Of a stretch of 64,000 bases of DNA, positions 30,161 through 40,377 are shown one piece after another. Each line of letters starts with the position of its first letter. The stretch's first letter is position 1. This DNA comes from an uncultured Chloroflexia bacterium (GTDB lineage: Bacteria > Chloroflexota > Limnocylindria > Limnocylindrales > CSP1-4): positions 1,326,224 through 1,390,223 of the forward strand of contig CAWEIJ010000002.1 in NCBI GenBank assembly GCA_963809215.1. The letters are read 5' to 3'. The notes beneath the pieces were generated by a model that saw only the letters and a program-made list of their open reading frames with translations, was not told the origin of the DNA and did not search any database. The translations under genes were made by a program, and so were the position numbers.

Positions 30161-31449
30161 GGCGCCGCTGGCGCCCGGACCTTGCGCCGGAGGAGGGCGG
30201 CGAGATCGGCGAGCGCGACGGTCTTCTGCGACCCGCCGTCGAGGTCGCGCAGCCCGACCTCGCCGGCCGCCAGCTCGTCGCCCAGGATCACCGCGAACTG
30301 GGCGCCCTCGCGAACGGCGGCCTCCAGCTGGCGGCCGAGCTTGCGCACGCCGAGATCGGCGCGCACCGGCAGCCCCGCCCCGCGCAGGTCGGTCGCGATC
30401 CGGAGCCGATCCACGGTGTTTGCCGGATCCGCGCCGACGACGACCGCGACCGGGACGGCCTCCGCGGGCCCGGGCCCGCCGGTGGCCGCGAGGGCGAGGA
30501 CGACCCGATCGAGGCCGAGCGCGAATCCGATCCCGGCCGTCGACTTGCCGCCGAGCAGCTCGACCAGGCCGTCGTAGCGGCCGCCGCCGCCGAGCGCCTG
30601 CTGCTGCCCTTCTGCGCCGCGCCGGTAGAACTCGAACGCCGTCCGCGTGTAGTAGTCGAGGCCGCGCACGAGCCCGGGTTCGAGGCGGTAGGCCACGCCC
30701 ATCGCGTCGAGGTGCGCCCGGACTGCCGCGAAGTGCGCCGCGCACGCCGGGCACAGGTGATCGGTGATGCGTGGCGCGGCGGCGTTCACCTCCGCCATCG
30801 CCGGATCCTTCGAATCGAGCAGCCGCAGCGGGTTCGTCTCGAGGCGCCGTCGCTCGAGCTCCGGCAGGCGCACCTCCGCCGCGCGGTAGTAGGCGACCAG
30901 GCCAGCCAGGTACGCCGGGCGGCAGCTCGCGTCGCCGATCGAGTTGAGGAGGATCTCGACGTCGGAGAGGCCCGCGTCGCGGTAGAAGCGCGCCCCGAGC
31001 TCAACGAGCTCGGCGTCGATCGCCGGTCCCGCGTCGCCGATCGCCTCGACGTCCCACTGCCAGAACTGGCGGAAGCGGCCGGCCTGGGGCCGGTCGTAGC
31101 GGAACATCGGGCCGGCCACGCTGAGCCGCACCGGCTGCGGCCAGGTCTGCATGCCGTGCTCGACGTAGGCCCGGCAGATCCCGGCCGTCGCCTCCGGGCG
31201 GAGCGCCCAGGATTCCCGCTCCTCGCCGCGGCTCGGGAGGACGCGGAAGAGCTCCTTCTCCACGACGTCCGTGACCGCGCCGATGCCGCGCTCGAAGACG
31301 GCCGCCTGCTCGAAGAGCGGCGTCTCCATTTCGCGGTAGCCGTAGCGGGCCGCGAGGTCGCGGGCGATTCGCTCGAGGCGGGCGAACGCGGCCCGGTCGT
31401 CGGGCAGCAGGTCGCGAGTGCCCCGGGGGGCGCGCAGGGATGGTGGCAT
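30157..31449 (-). CDS. hisS: Histidine--tRNA ligase
   Basis: PRGTRD, LRPEATA, GPMFRYDRPQAGRFRQF, LVRGLDYYT, GGGRYDGL, GFALGLDR. Confidence 0.98.
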   Translation of the reverse strand: MPPSLRAPRGTRDLLPDDRAAFARLERIARDLAARYGYREMETPLFEQAAVFERGIGAVTDVVEKELFRVLPSRGEERESWALRPEATAGICRAYVEHGMQTWPQPVRLSVAGPMFRYDRPQAGRFRQFWQWDVEAIGDAGPAIDAELVELGARFYRDAGLSDVEILLNSIGDASCRPAYLAGLVAYYRAAEVRLPELERRRLETNPLRLLDSKDPAMAEVNAAAPRITDHLCPACAAHFAAVRAHLDAMGVAYRLEPGLVRGLDYYTRTAFEFYRRGAEGQQQALGGGGRYDGLVELLGGKSTAGIGFALGLDRVVLALAATGGPGPAEAVPVAVVVGADPANTVDRLRIATDLRGAGLPVRADLGVRKLGRQLEAAVREGAQFAVILGDELAAGEVGLRDLDGGSQKTVALADLAALLRRKVRAPAAP

Positions 31450-31485
31450 CGCCGCAAGTCTAGCGGGCGGCGATCGCCGCCTCCC

Positions 31486-33717
31486 CTACCCCAGGTCGCG
31501 CTGGACGGAGAGGACGTCCTTGACGTGCTCGATCCGGCTCATGACCCGGGCAAGCTGCGAGACGGACGCCACCTGCAGCGTCGCCATGACGGTCGCGGTG
31601 TGGTCCTGGCTGACGGCCACGTTCGCGGCCACGATGTTCACCTTGCTCTCGGCGACCGCTCCGGCGATGTCGTTGAGCAGGCCGGTCCGGTCGTGGGCCT
31701 CCACGCGGATCGCGATCGGGTAGGTCTCCGCAGGGGCGGTCTCCCACTCCACCTCGATGAGGCGCGCCGCCTCGCGCTCGTTGACCACCGTGGGACAGCG
31801 TCCCAGGTGGACGGTGATGCCGCGGCCACGGGTGATGAAGCCGACGATCGGGTCGCCCGGGATGGGGTGGCAGCACTTGGCGAAACGGACGAGGAGATCG
31901 CCGACGCCCTTGACCCGCACGCCGCCGGCTCGAACCGGGGTCGGCGCGACCGAGGGCAGCGTGAGCTGGGCGTCGTCGACGACGCCGAGTCGCATGACCA
32001 CCTGCTGTGGCGACACCGCGCCGTAGCCGATCGCCGCGTAGAAGTCGTCGAGGGTGTCGTGCCCGTAGGGCCGCGCGGCCTCCAGGAGGCGATCGTGGCC
32101 GACCGCCGCGATCGACGTCCGGGCCAGGCGCTTCAGCTCCCGCTCGAGCGACTCACGCCCGTGGGTGATGTTCTCGTCGCGATCCTTCTTCTTGAACCAT
32201 TGGCGGATCTTCTCGCGCGCATGCGAGGTCCGGACGATCGAGAGCCAGTCGCGCGACGGGCCGTGCTCGGCCTTCGTCGTCACGACCTCGACGATGTCGC
32301 CGTTCTTCAGGCGATAGTCGAGGGGGACGAGACGGTTGTTGACCTTCGCGCCGATGGTGCGGTGCCCGACGTCGGTGTGGATCCGGTAGGCGAAGTCGAG
32401 CGGCGTCGCGCCGGCGGGCAGGTCCTTGATGTCGCCCTTCGGGGTGAACACGAAGACCTGGTCCTGGAAGATGTCGAGCTTGATCCCCTCGACGAACTCC
32501 GTCGCGTCGGTGACCTCGCGCTGCCAGTCCATCAGCTGTCGCAGCCAGGCGAGCTTGGCGTCGTAGTCGCGCTCGGCCTTCGAGCCCTCCTTGTAGCGCC
32601 AGTGCGCCGCGATCCCGACCTCGCTGACCGAATGCATCGCGTGGGTCCGGATCTGGATCTCGAGGGGCTTGCCGTCGAGCGCGATCACCGCCGTGTGGAG
32701 GCTCTGGTAGCCGTTCGGCTTCGGGACCGCGATGTAGTCGTCGAACTGCCCGGGGATCGGCTTCCACAGGCTGTGGACCACGCCGAGCGCCGCGTAGCAG
32801 TCGCGGACCTCGTCCACGAGCAGGCGGATCGCGTACACGTCGTAGATCTCGCCGAACGCCGCGGACTTCCGCTGCATCTTCTTCCAGATGGAGAAGAGGT
32901 GCTTCGGGCGCCCGTTCAGGTCGCCCTCGATCTCGTGCCGGGCCAGCTCCGGCTGGAGCACGGCGATCGCCCGCTGGATGTACCGCTCGCGGTGGCCGCG
33001 GCGCGTGTCGAGGTTGGCCGCCAGCTCACGGTATCGCTCGGGGTCCAGGTGCTTGAACGAGAGGTCCTCGAGCTCCCACTTGATCTGCCAGATCCCGAGC
33101 CGCTCGGCGAGGGGCGCGTAGATCTCCATCGTCTGGCGGGCGATCCGGAGCTGCTTGTCGGGAGGCAGGCCGGACAGCGTCCGCATGTTGTGGAGGCGAT
33201 CGGCCAGCTTGATCAGGACGACCCGGATGTCCTGGGCCATCGCGAGCAGCATCTTGCGGATGTTCTCGGCCTGCTGCTCCTCGTGGGAGTGTGTCGAGAA
33301 CTTGGACAGCTTCGTGACGCCGTCGACGAGGTGGGCGACCTCCGCGCCGAAGTGCTCCTCGATGTCCGTCAGCGACTGGTCGGTGTCCTCGGGCACGTCA
33401 TGGAGGAGCGCGGCCTGGATCGAGGCCGGGTCGAGGGCCATCTCCGCGAGGGTCCGGGCCGCGGCGATCGGGTGCGTCACGTAGGCCTCGCCCGTCGCTC
33501 GGCGCTGGTCGCCATGGGCCGCCACGGCGAAGTCGAACGCGCGCTCGACCGGGCCGAGGTCGGCCTGCGGGTGGTGGCTCGCGACCTCGGCGAGGAGCGC
33601 GGCGCGGAGCGCCGGCAGCGAAAGCTCGTCAGCCGCGCCGCGCTTCAGGCTCGCCGGGGCCCGGCGGGCCCGGGGCGTGGGCGGCGCGGCGTCTGTGGGG
33701 ATCTGCTCGACGGACAT
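31486..33717 (-). CDS. relA: Long RSH (p)ppGpp synthetase/hydrolase Rel
   Basis: HD domain (ALLHDVPED, KLADRLHNMRT), synthetase (GRPKH, YQSLHT, EIQIRT), TGS (VFVFTPKG), AKCCHPIPGD, C-terminal ACT. Confidence 0.97.
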   Translation of the reverse strand: MSVEQIPTDAAPPTPRARRAPASLKRGAADELSLPALRAALLAEVASHHPQADLGPVERAFDFAVAAHGDQRRATGEAYVTHPIAAARTLAEMALDPASIQAALLHDVPEDTDQSLTDIEEHFGAEVAHLVDGVTKLSKFSTHSHEEQQAENIRKMLLAMAQDIRVVLIKLADRLHNMRTLSGLPPDKQLRIARQTMEIYAPLAERLGIWQIKWELEDLSFKHLDPERYRELAANLDTRRGHRERYIQRAIAVLQPELARHEIEGDLNGRPKHLFSIWKKMQRKSAAFGEIYDVYAIRLLVDEVRDCYAALGVVHSLWKPIPGQFDDYIAVPKPNGYQSLHTAVIALDGKPLEIQIRTHAMHSVSEVGIAAHWRYKEGSKAERDYDAKLAWLRQLMDWQREVTDATEFVEGIKLDIFQDQVFVFTPKGDIKDLPAGATPLDFAYRIHTDVGHRTIGAKVNNRLVPLDYRLKNGDIVEVVTTKAEHGPSRDWLSIVRTSHAREKIRQWFKKKDRDENITHGRESLERELKRLARTSIAAVGHDRLLEAARPYGHDTLDDFYAAIGYGAVSPQQVVMRLGVVDDAQLTLPSVAPTPVRAGGVRVKGVGDLLVRFAKCCHPIPGDPIVGFITRGRGITVHLGRCPTVVNEREAARLIEVEWETAPAETYPIAIRVEAHDRTGLLNDIAGAVAESKVNIVAANVAVSQDHTATVMATLQVASVSQLARVMSRIEHVKDVLSVQRDLG

Positions 33718-33841
33718 CGGTCGAACTAGGATAGCAGGGCCGTTTTCGGACCCCGTGAGCGTGTCACTGGACTCCGCGACGTTCGTCTAGCACAGCCGCA
33801 CCCCGCCGGCGCTGACGGCCGTCACGCCGCCGATCGCCGCG

Positions 33842-35536
33842 TCAGCCGTACCCCGCCGCGGCGAGGCACTCCTCCGCGACGCGGCGCTCGTCCCAGGGCA
33901 GCTCGGAACCAGCGTAGATGATGCTGCGCTCGTGGCCCTTGCCGGCGAGGAGCACGACGTCGCCATGCCGCGCGCGGCCGATCGCGGCGGCGATGGCGGC
34001 CCGCCGGTCCGCGATGAGGAGGAGGTCGTCGCCGCGCCGCAGGCCCGCCGCCTCCGCGCCCGCCGCGATCTGCTCCAGGATCGCCATCGAGTCCTCGCCG
34101 CGGGGATCCTCGTCGGTCGCGATCACCAGCCGGCAGCGCTCGCCGGCGACGCGGCCCTGGATCGCCCGCTTCGCCACGTCCCGCTCCCCGGCCGACCCGA
34201 AGACGGCGATCCGCCCGCCGCCCGGTCCGACCAGCTCCGCGAGGTCGTCGAGGACCGCGGCGAGCGACGCCGGCGTGTGTGCGTAGTCGACGATGAGCGT
34301 GAAGGGCTGGCCCCGGTCGATCCGCTCCATCCGGCCGCGCACGCCGTGGAACCCGGCCAGGCCGGCGAGGACCAGGCCCGCATCCAGGTCGAGCAGCTCG
34401 CCGAGCGCCACGACAGCCAGCGCGTTGTGGACGTTGAAGCGCCCGAGGAGCGGGAGCCGGAGCGTCCCGGCGCCCCGCGGCGTGGTGACGGTCGCGACGA
34501 GGCCATCGCCGGTGACCGCGACCGCGGAGGCCCGGACGTCGGCGTTCGTCGCCAGGCCGTAGCGCAGGAGCGTCGCGCCTGCCTCGCGCGTGGCCGTCTC
34601 GAAGACGGCGGCGTTCGGGTCGTCGGCGTTCACGATCCCGCCGCGCGGCCATCCGCGCCCCCCGGGCAGGCTTCGCGGCTTCTGCTCGGAAGCCGCCGGG
34701 TCGGCGGCCAGGCGCTCGAAGAGCGACCGCTTCGCGGCGCGATAGGCGTCGAACGTCCCGTGGAACTCGAGATGCTCATGGGTCAGGTTGGTGAGGATGG
34801 CGACGTCGAACGCGACCTCGCCGACGCGCTCGAGCGCGAGGCCGTGCGACGTCGACTCGACGACCGCTGCGACGTCGTTCGCGGCGCGGATCGCGCGAAG
34901 CGCCCGCTGCAGCTCCGGCGCCTCGGGCGTCGTGACATGGGCGAGCGAGCCCGCACGCGTGCTCCCGATCTTCTGCTCGGCCGTGCTCACGAGGCCGGTC
35001 GGGACACCGGCCGCCTCGAGGGCCGCGACCGCCATGCCGGCCGTCGTCGTCTTGCCGTCCGTCCCGGTGATCCCGATGACCCCGAGGGCCCGGGCCGGGT
35101 CGCCGTACCACCACGCCGCGACGGTCGCGAGCGCAAGCTGGCTCCGGTCCACCACGAGCTGCGGCACCCGCCGGACGTCGCCCGTGGGCAGCGGACGCTC
35201 GACCACGAGCGCGACAGCCCCGGCAGAGACGGCGGCTCCGACGAAGTCGTGGCCGTCCGCACGCGCCCCGGGCACCGCCACGAAGCATCCGCCGGCCGCG
35301 ACGCGCCGCGAGTCGTAGGCGATCCCGGCCACGAGCGTCGCGCCGATCGCGGCCACGTCGGGCCCGGAGGCAGCGGCGCCGTCCGGCCCGATCACCGCCC
35401 GCAGCCGGCCGGCCGAGCGGAGGCGGGCGATCAGCCCGGCGAGCGGCCTGGTCCCGCGCGGCTCTGCCGCCGCGAGGCGAGCGAGCAGGTCCTGCTCCGC
35501 GGCGGACGCGCCACCGTCGGGGCCGTCGGCGCTCAT
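33842..35536 (-). CDS. murE: UDP-MurNAc-tripeptide synthetase MurE (EDPR specificity motif)
   Basis: YDSRRV, GITGTDGKTT, TTPEA, ESTSHGL, TNLTHEHL, VDYAHTP, FGSAGERD, TDEDPRGED, LAGKGHE. Confidence 0.94.
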   Translation of the reverse strand: MSADGPDGGASAAEQDLLARLAAAEPRGTRPLAGLIARLRSAGRLRAVIGPDGAAASGPDVAAIGATLVAGIAYDSRRVAAGGCFVAVPGARADGHDFVGAAVSAGAVALVVERPLPTGDVRRVPQLVVDRSQLALATVAAWWYGDPARALGVIGITGTDGKTTTAGMAVAALEAAGVPTGLVSTAEQKIGSTRAGSLAHVTTPEAPELQRALRAIRAANDVAAVVESTSHGLALERVGEVAFDVAILTNLTHEHLEFHGTFDAYRAAKRSLFERLAADPAASEQKPRSLPGGRGWPRGGIVNADDPNAAVFETATREAGATLLRYGLATNADVRASAVAVTGDGLVATVTTPRGAGTLRLPLLGRFNVHNALAVVALGELLDLDAGLVLAGLAGFHGVRGRMERIDRGQPFTLIVDYAHTPASLAAVLDDLAELVGPGGGRIAVFGSAGERDVAKRAIQGRVAGERCRLVIATDEDPRGEDSMAILEQIAAGAEAAGLRRGDDLLLIADRRAAIAAAIGRARHGDVVLLAGKGHERSIIYAGSELPWDERRVAEECLAAAGYG

Positions 35537-35543
35537 CGGCGCT

Positions 35544-36692
35544 TCATCGCCCGGTCGCGGTTCGCCGTGCCAGGCGTCGTGCCCGGCGGCCCACGCGGGA
35601 GATCGCGGCACCGGCGCGTGCCCGGGCCGGACGAAGGACGAGCTGGTGCGCCCCGGACAGCTCCACCCATCGGCCGCCGAAGGAGCGCTTGAACTCGAGG
35701 AGCCCGTACATCGGGTCGCCGGGCCGGGGCTCGGATCGCGCGCCGGCCACGTCGACGCCGCCGAGATCAAGCTCGCTGCGGCCTTCCCGCGCCGCGAGCT
35801 GGAGCGCGCGCCAGAGGAGCAGGCGCGACGCGCCGGGATGGGCGCGCCGCAGGTCGGCCACGTCGCCGGAATGGGCGTAGGAGAGCCGCTCGCCGTTCCG
35901 GTAGAAGATCGCGGCCCCGAGGTACGTGTCGTCGGCGGCGCGTGCCTCCAGCAGCGCGAGGAAGCCCGCCGCGAGCGCGGCCCCCCACCACGCGACGGCA
36001 GCGGCGCGTGGCCCGATCGCGAAGCCGCGTCGCTCGCCGGTAGCGGCGAGGAGGCCGTGGAAGCGCTCGAACGCGGCCGTCGCGTCCTCGACGGGACGCT
36101 CGAAGGGCGGCCCGGCAGCGATCGCTCCCGGCGTCGCCGCGGCGGCCGCGTCGTGGCGCACGATCCGCATCCCGTGCCGCTCGGCCGCGACGATCATCTG
36201 GCGGGTCGTGGTCCCGATCGACGCAAGCAGCGCGCCGTCCTCGACCCGCGCCGGGATGGGCGCCGCCACGCGGTGGCGTGAGGGTCCGACTTCCTCGACG
36301 GGACGGAAGCCGCGCGCCGCCAGGGCTTCCCGGTAGCCCGTGGCGGCCGGGACCTCCGCGTCGGCGAGGATCACGTCGTAGCCGGACCGGCGCGCCCAGC
36401 CTGCCACTGCGGCCAGGCGCTCGGCCACGACCACCGCGGGCGCGCCGGCCGCCACGGGACCCTTCGGCAGGTAGAGGTGGCCGCCGCCGACAAGCGGCCA
36501 CGGTCTCCCGAGCGCGAGGACGGCGCTCCCGTCGTCGAGCTCGAGGTGATGGACCCTCCAGCCGGTTCGGGCGCGGTGCTCGCCCCACGCCAGTGACTGC
36601 TGGACGTCACCGCCCGCGACCCGGACCGTGCGGTCGTCCCAGCCGGTGAGCGCTTCCGGGCCCGCCTCGCGCACGCCGGGCGAATCGCTCAT
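35544..36692 (-). CDS. FemABX-family peptidyl transferase (second paralog)
   Basis: QSLAWGEHR, YLPKGPV, LLWRALQLA, LDLGG, GLLEFKRSFGG. ATG overlaps the upstream stop. Confidence 0.85.
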   Translation of the reverse strand: MSDSPGVREAGPEALTGWDDRTVRVAGGDVQQSLAWGEHRARTGWRVHHLELDDGSAVLALGRPWPLVGGGHLYLPKGPVAAGAPAVVVAERLAAVAGWARRSGYDVILADAEVPAATGYREALAARGFRPVEEVGPSRHRVAAPIPARVEDGALLASIGTTTRQMIVAAERHGMRIVRHDAAAAATPGAIAAGPPFERPVEDATAAFERFHGLLAATGERRGFAIGPRAAAVAWWGAALAAGFLALLEARAADDTYLGAAIFYRNGERLSYAHSGDVADLRRAHPGASRLLLWRALQLAAREGRSELDLGGVDVAGARSEPRPGDPMYGLLEFKRSFGGRWVELSGAHQLVLRPARARAGAAISRVGRRARRLARRTATGR

Positions 36693-37783
36693 CCCGCGTC
36701 GGCCTCGGCGTCCGTGCCGGCGGGCTCGTCGGTGCGGCCCGCCATGCCCGGCGCCCCCGCCCCGGCGAGCCCCGCACGCCGGCGCGCCCGGGCCACCCGC
36801 ACGCGCTGGGCGCCCAGGTAGACCTGACGGCCGAGCCGGCTCAGGACCAGGTCCCATGCCCCGATGAAACGGATCTCGCGCCCGCCGAAGCCGGTCTTGA
36901 AATGGGCGATCCCGGGGTTCGCCAGCCCCCACAGGTCGTAGGTCGCCGCGCCGGCGTCCCGTGCGCGCCGGATCGCCTCCCACTTGAGCAGGTAGTTCGC
37001 CCTGAGGTCGGCACCCGCGCCGGTCATCCCCCCGTACGGCTCCACGACGCGGCGGCCGGTCCGCACCAGGAACAGCGCGGCCTGGGGGGTCCCGGCGGCG
37101 TCGACCGCGAAGAGGATCGTGGCATCGCCTGTCGGCCGATAGGCCTCCCAGACGTCCCGGTACGCCTGCTCCACGCGGATCAGGAAGCCGGCCCGCGCCG
37201 CCGTCTCCCGGTAGATCGCGTAGAACGGACCGAGCGGGTCGCCCGGCAGCTCCACGACCGTCACGCCGTTCGAGCGGGCCTTGTTGACGTACTGGCGCCA
37301 CTTCTTGCGGAGGTTGCCCCAGAGGGCTTCCTCGTCGGCCGCCAGGTCGATGACGCGCGTCGAGGGCGGCTGGATCGGCGTCGCCGGCTGCCAGCCCGCG
37401 GCCGCGAGCGCGCCTCGGAGCGAGCCGCCCGGGTCGAGCGCCCCATCCCGCTCCACCTCGGGGTCGATCCGGACGTGCGAGACGCGCCCCAGCGGAGCCG
37501 ACCGCAGCGCTTCCGTGAAGGCGCCCACCGACTCGGCGGTCCACTCGGTGGCGACCGGGCCGCGCGGCGCATAGGCGAACGCCCACGGCAGCGGTCGCGG
37601 CCGCCGCAGCAGGACCTGGGCGCCGATCGGGGCCGGCCCGCCCGCGACCACCCGCTCGCTCGTCCAGCCGTTCACCGCCTTCACGCGGGCCCACGCCGTG
37701 CGCTGCAGGTACGAGCCGTGTTCGTTCCCGACCACGAACGCGTCCCAGGCGGCGGGGCCCGCGAGCGGCAGGGTCCCGGTCAC
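36689..37783 (-). CDS. FemABX-family lipid II aminoacyl transferase (FemX-like)
   Basis: YLQRTAWARVK, YAPRGPV, VRIDP, TRVIDL, KKWRQYVNKA, YLLKWEAI, YDLWG, HFKTGFGG. Confidence 0.9.
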   Translation of the reverse strand: MTGTLPLAGPAAWDAFVVGNEHGSYLQRTAWARVKAVNGWTSERVVAGGPAPIGAQVLLRRPRPLPWAFAYAPRGPVATEWTAESVGAFTEALRSAPLGRVSHVRIDPEVERDGALDPGGSLRGALAAAGWQPATPIQPPSTRVIDLAADEEALWGNLRKKWRQYVNKARSNGVTVVELPGDPLGPFYAIYRETAARAGFLIRVEQAYRDVWEAYRPTGDATILFAVDAAGTPQAALFLVRTGRRVVEPYGGMTGAGADLRANYLLKWEAIRRARDAGAATYDLWGLANPGIAHFKTGFGGREIRFIGAWDLVLSRLGRQVYLGAQRVRVARARRRAGLAGAGAPGMAGRTDEPAGTDAEADAG

Positions 37784-39354
37784 GCCGCGGATCCGCGGCC
37801 GAGCGCGGAGCGGAGCAGGCGCACGATCGTCGGGACCTCCGGGATCCGCAGGAGCCGCGCGAAGCCGAGGTAGATGCCCACGCTCACGAGGCCGACGACG
37901 ACGAGCTCTCCCGCGATCCCGATCTTACCGGGCGCCGGACCCAGCACGAGGCGTCCCGCCTCGAGGACCAGCCACGCGCCCACGCCGGCCGCCGCGGAGC
38001 ACAGCCCCGCGACGACCCCACCCGCGCTGATCGCCGCGACGTCGAGCGTGGGCAGGCGGCGGTCGAGCCGGACCAGCAGGATGATCGCCTCCAGCCAGGA
38101 CGCGATGGCGATCCCGAGCGCGAGGCCGACGACGCCGAGCGCCGGCGCCAGGGCGATCGAGATGACGACGCTGAGCGCCACCGCCACGAGCGCGGCCGTG
38201 ACCGGCGTGCGGGTATCCCGGGCCGCGTAGAACGCGCGGGCGAGCAGGACGATCGCGGTCTCCGACGGAAGCGCGACCATGAACGCGACGAGCGTCTGCG
38301 CCGTCACCTCGATCCCTGTCGCGTCCACCTTCCCGTAGCCGATCAGGAGGGTGACGGCGGGCCGCGCCGCGACGGCCGCGACGACCGCGATCGGGATCAT
38401 CGCGAAGAGCATGAGCCGGAGCGAGCGGCCGAGGAGCGAGACGAAGTCGCCGGTCGCGCCGGAGGCCAGCCGCTCGCTCAGGGCCGGGAACGCCACGACG
38501 CCGAGCGGCACCCCGAGCGTCCCGATCGGGATCTGGAAGAAGGTGAATGCGAAGTTGAAGGCGGTGATCGATCCGGCGGCCAGGGTGGACGCGATCGTCG
38601 TGGCCGCGAGCAGCTGCAGCTGCGCGCCGCCGAGCCCGATCGCGCGTGGCACCAGGAGCAGGATCGTCGTGCGGGCCTCCGGGTCGGCCAGGTCGACGCG
38701 GGGGTGGTAGCGGAAGCGCGTCGGTCCGAGGAGCGGGTAGAGCTGGACGGCGAGGTGGAGCGCGCTCCCCGCGACCACCCCCACGGCCACGCCCATCACC
38801 CCCATCGACGGCGCCAGGAACAGCGCGCCGCCGATGATCGCGAGGTTGTAGACGATCGGGGCCGCGACCGAGGCCACGAACCGCCCCCGGGCCTGCAGGA
38901 CGCTGGTGGCGACCGATCCGAGCGCGAGGAAGATCGGGCTCAGGAGCATGACGCGCGTCAGGTCCACGGTCGCGGCGATCTGCGCTGCGTCGAAGCCGGG
39001 CGTGATCGCGGGAACCACGGCCGGGGCGAAGACCAGGAGGAGCCCAGCCATGACCGCCAGCGCCACGAGCATCAGGTTCGTGACGGTGGAAACAACCCGC
39101 CAGGCTCGATCCTCCTCGTCGTGCGCCACGAGCGTCGCGATCGTCGGGATCAGCGCAGAGGCGAGCGCCCCGGCCGCGACGAGCTGGAAGATCATGTCCG
39201 GGATCCGGAACGCGGCGAAGAACGGGTCGAGGGCGCCCTGGGTCCCGAAGGTCGTGCCGATCACGACGAGGCGGACCCATCCCAGGACGCGCGAGGCGAG
39301 ATAGGCGCCGGTCACCAGCAGGCCGGCGCGGACGAGGGCGCGGCCGGATGTCAC
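37780..39354 (-). CDS. murJ: Lipid II flippase MurJ (MviN)
   Basis: [45 protein letters not shown], many TM helices. GTG overlaps the xerC stop. Confidence 0.94.
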   Translation of the reverse strand: MTSGRALVRAGLLVTGAYLASRVLGWVRLVVIGTTFGTQGALDPFFAAFRIPDMIFQLVAAGALASALIPTIATLVAHDEEDRAWRVVSTVTNLMLVALAVMAGLLLVFAPAVVPAITPGFDAAQIAATVDLTRVMLLSPIFLALGSVATSVLQARGRFVASVAAPIVYNLAIIGGALFLAPSMGVMGVAVGVVAGSALHLAVQLYPLLGPTRFRYHPRVDLADPEARTTILLLVPRAIGLGGAQLQLLAATTIASTLAAGSITAFNFAFTFFQIPIGTLGVPLGVVAFPALSERLASGATGDFVSLLGRSLRLMLFAMIPIAVVAAVAARPAVTLLIGYGKVDATGIEVTAQTLVAFMVALPSETAIVLLARAFYAARDTRTPVTAALVAVALSVVISIALAPALGVVGLALGIAIASWLEAIILLVRLDRRLPTLDVAAISAGGVVAGLCSAAAGVGAWLVLEAGRLVLGPAPGKIGIAGELVVVGLVSVGIYLGFARLLRIPEVPTIVRLLRSALGRGSAA

Positions 39355-40370
39355 CGCGGTCGGGGCGTCCCGTCGGCCGGTTCGGTTCCGGATTCCGCGG
39401 CGTGGGCACGCGGGTGGGCGCCGGCATACACGGCCCGGAGCCGCGCCGGCGAGACGTGCGTGTAGACCTGGGTGGTGGCAAGGCTCGCGTGGCCCAGCAG
39501 CTCCTGCACGACCCGCAGGTCGGCGCCGCCGTCGAGCAGATGCGTGGCGAAGGAGTGGCGCAGCGTGTGGGGGTGGGTCCCCTCCGGAGACCCCGCGCGC
39601 GCGAACGCGGCGTCGAGGCGGTAGCGCATGCCGCGCTCCCCGAGCGAACCACCACGGGCGTTGAGGAAGACGGAATCGGGGGCCGGGCCGGGCCGTGCCC
39701 GCGCCAGCAGGGCGGGCCGGCCCTCCGCCAGGTAGCCCGCGAGGGCGGCCCGCGCCGGCCTCCCGAGCAGCCCGGCGCGCTCCTTCCGGCCCTTGCCCAC
39801 GACCCGCAGCTCGCCGCGGCCCAGGTCCAGGCCGTCCAGGCGCAGGCCGGCCAGCTCCGCGATCCGGAGGCCTGCCGCGTAGGCGGTCTCGACGATCGCG
39901 ACATCTCGCAGCGCGAGCGCGCGCCCGAGCGCGGGGGTGCGGCCGGCGCCGCGGCCGCGGCCGCCGCCGGAACGCGGGTCCCCGCGCGCCCCCGGGTCCT
40001 CGCCCGCCGACGCCACGACCCGCTCGACCTCGGCGATCGAGAGGACCGGGGGCAGGCGGTGTGGACGGCGCGGCGTCCCGAGCGCGGCCCACGGGTCCGA
40101 ATCGGCGAGCCCGGCCCGCCGCGCCCACCGGTGGAACGAGCGGATCGCAGCGAGGCGCTGGGCCACCGACGAGCGGGCGCGCCCGGCACCCAGCTCCCCG
40201 AGATACGCGCGCAGGATCGTGCGCGACGGCGCCTGCCACGTGACGCCGCGCTCGCCGAGCCAGGCGAGGTACGCGCCCACGACGGTCCGGTAGGCGCGCT
40301 GCGTGTGCGGGGACGCGTCGCGGGCGGCCAGGCTCGCGAGGAACCGCTCGAGCGGGGCCGGCTCGTCCAC
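39351..40370 (-). CDS. xerC: Tyrosine recombinase XerC-like
   Basis: [51 protein letters not shown]...TTQVYTH; full catalytic set present. Downstream of topA. Confidence 0.88.
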   Translation of the reverse strand: MDEPAPLERFLASLAARDASPHTQRAYRTVVGAYLAWLGERGVTWQAPSRTILRAYLGELGAGRARSSVAQRLAAIRSFHRWARRAGLADSDPWAALGTPRRPHRLPPVLSIAEVERVVASAGEDPGARGDPRSGGGRGRGAGRTPALGRALALRDVAIVETAYAAGLRIAELAGLRLDGLDLGRGELRVVGKGRKERAGLLGRPARAALAGYLAEGRPALLARARPGPAPDSVFLNARGGSLGERGMRYRLDAAFARAGSPEGTHPHTLRHSFATHLLDGGADLRVVQELLGHASLATTQVYTHVSPARLRAVYAGAHPRAHAAESGTEPADGTPRPR

Positions 40371-40377
40371 CCGCGGC

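Noticed and set aside
29134-33729. Very long plus-strand ORFs (1531 aa here; also 4009-7494, 18580-21792 and others)
   Set aside because: They are antisense shadows of real genes, expected in high-GC DNA with few stop codons, and carry no recognisable motifs.
1-40370. Mobile element bounded by the two tyrosine recombinases
   Set aside because: Both look like chromosomal XerD and XerC in their usual contexts (near recN and topA), and the enclosed genes are core housekeeping genes.
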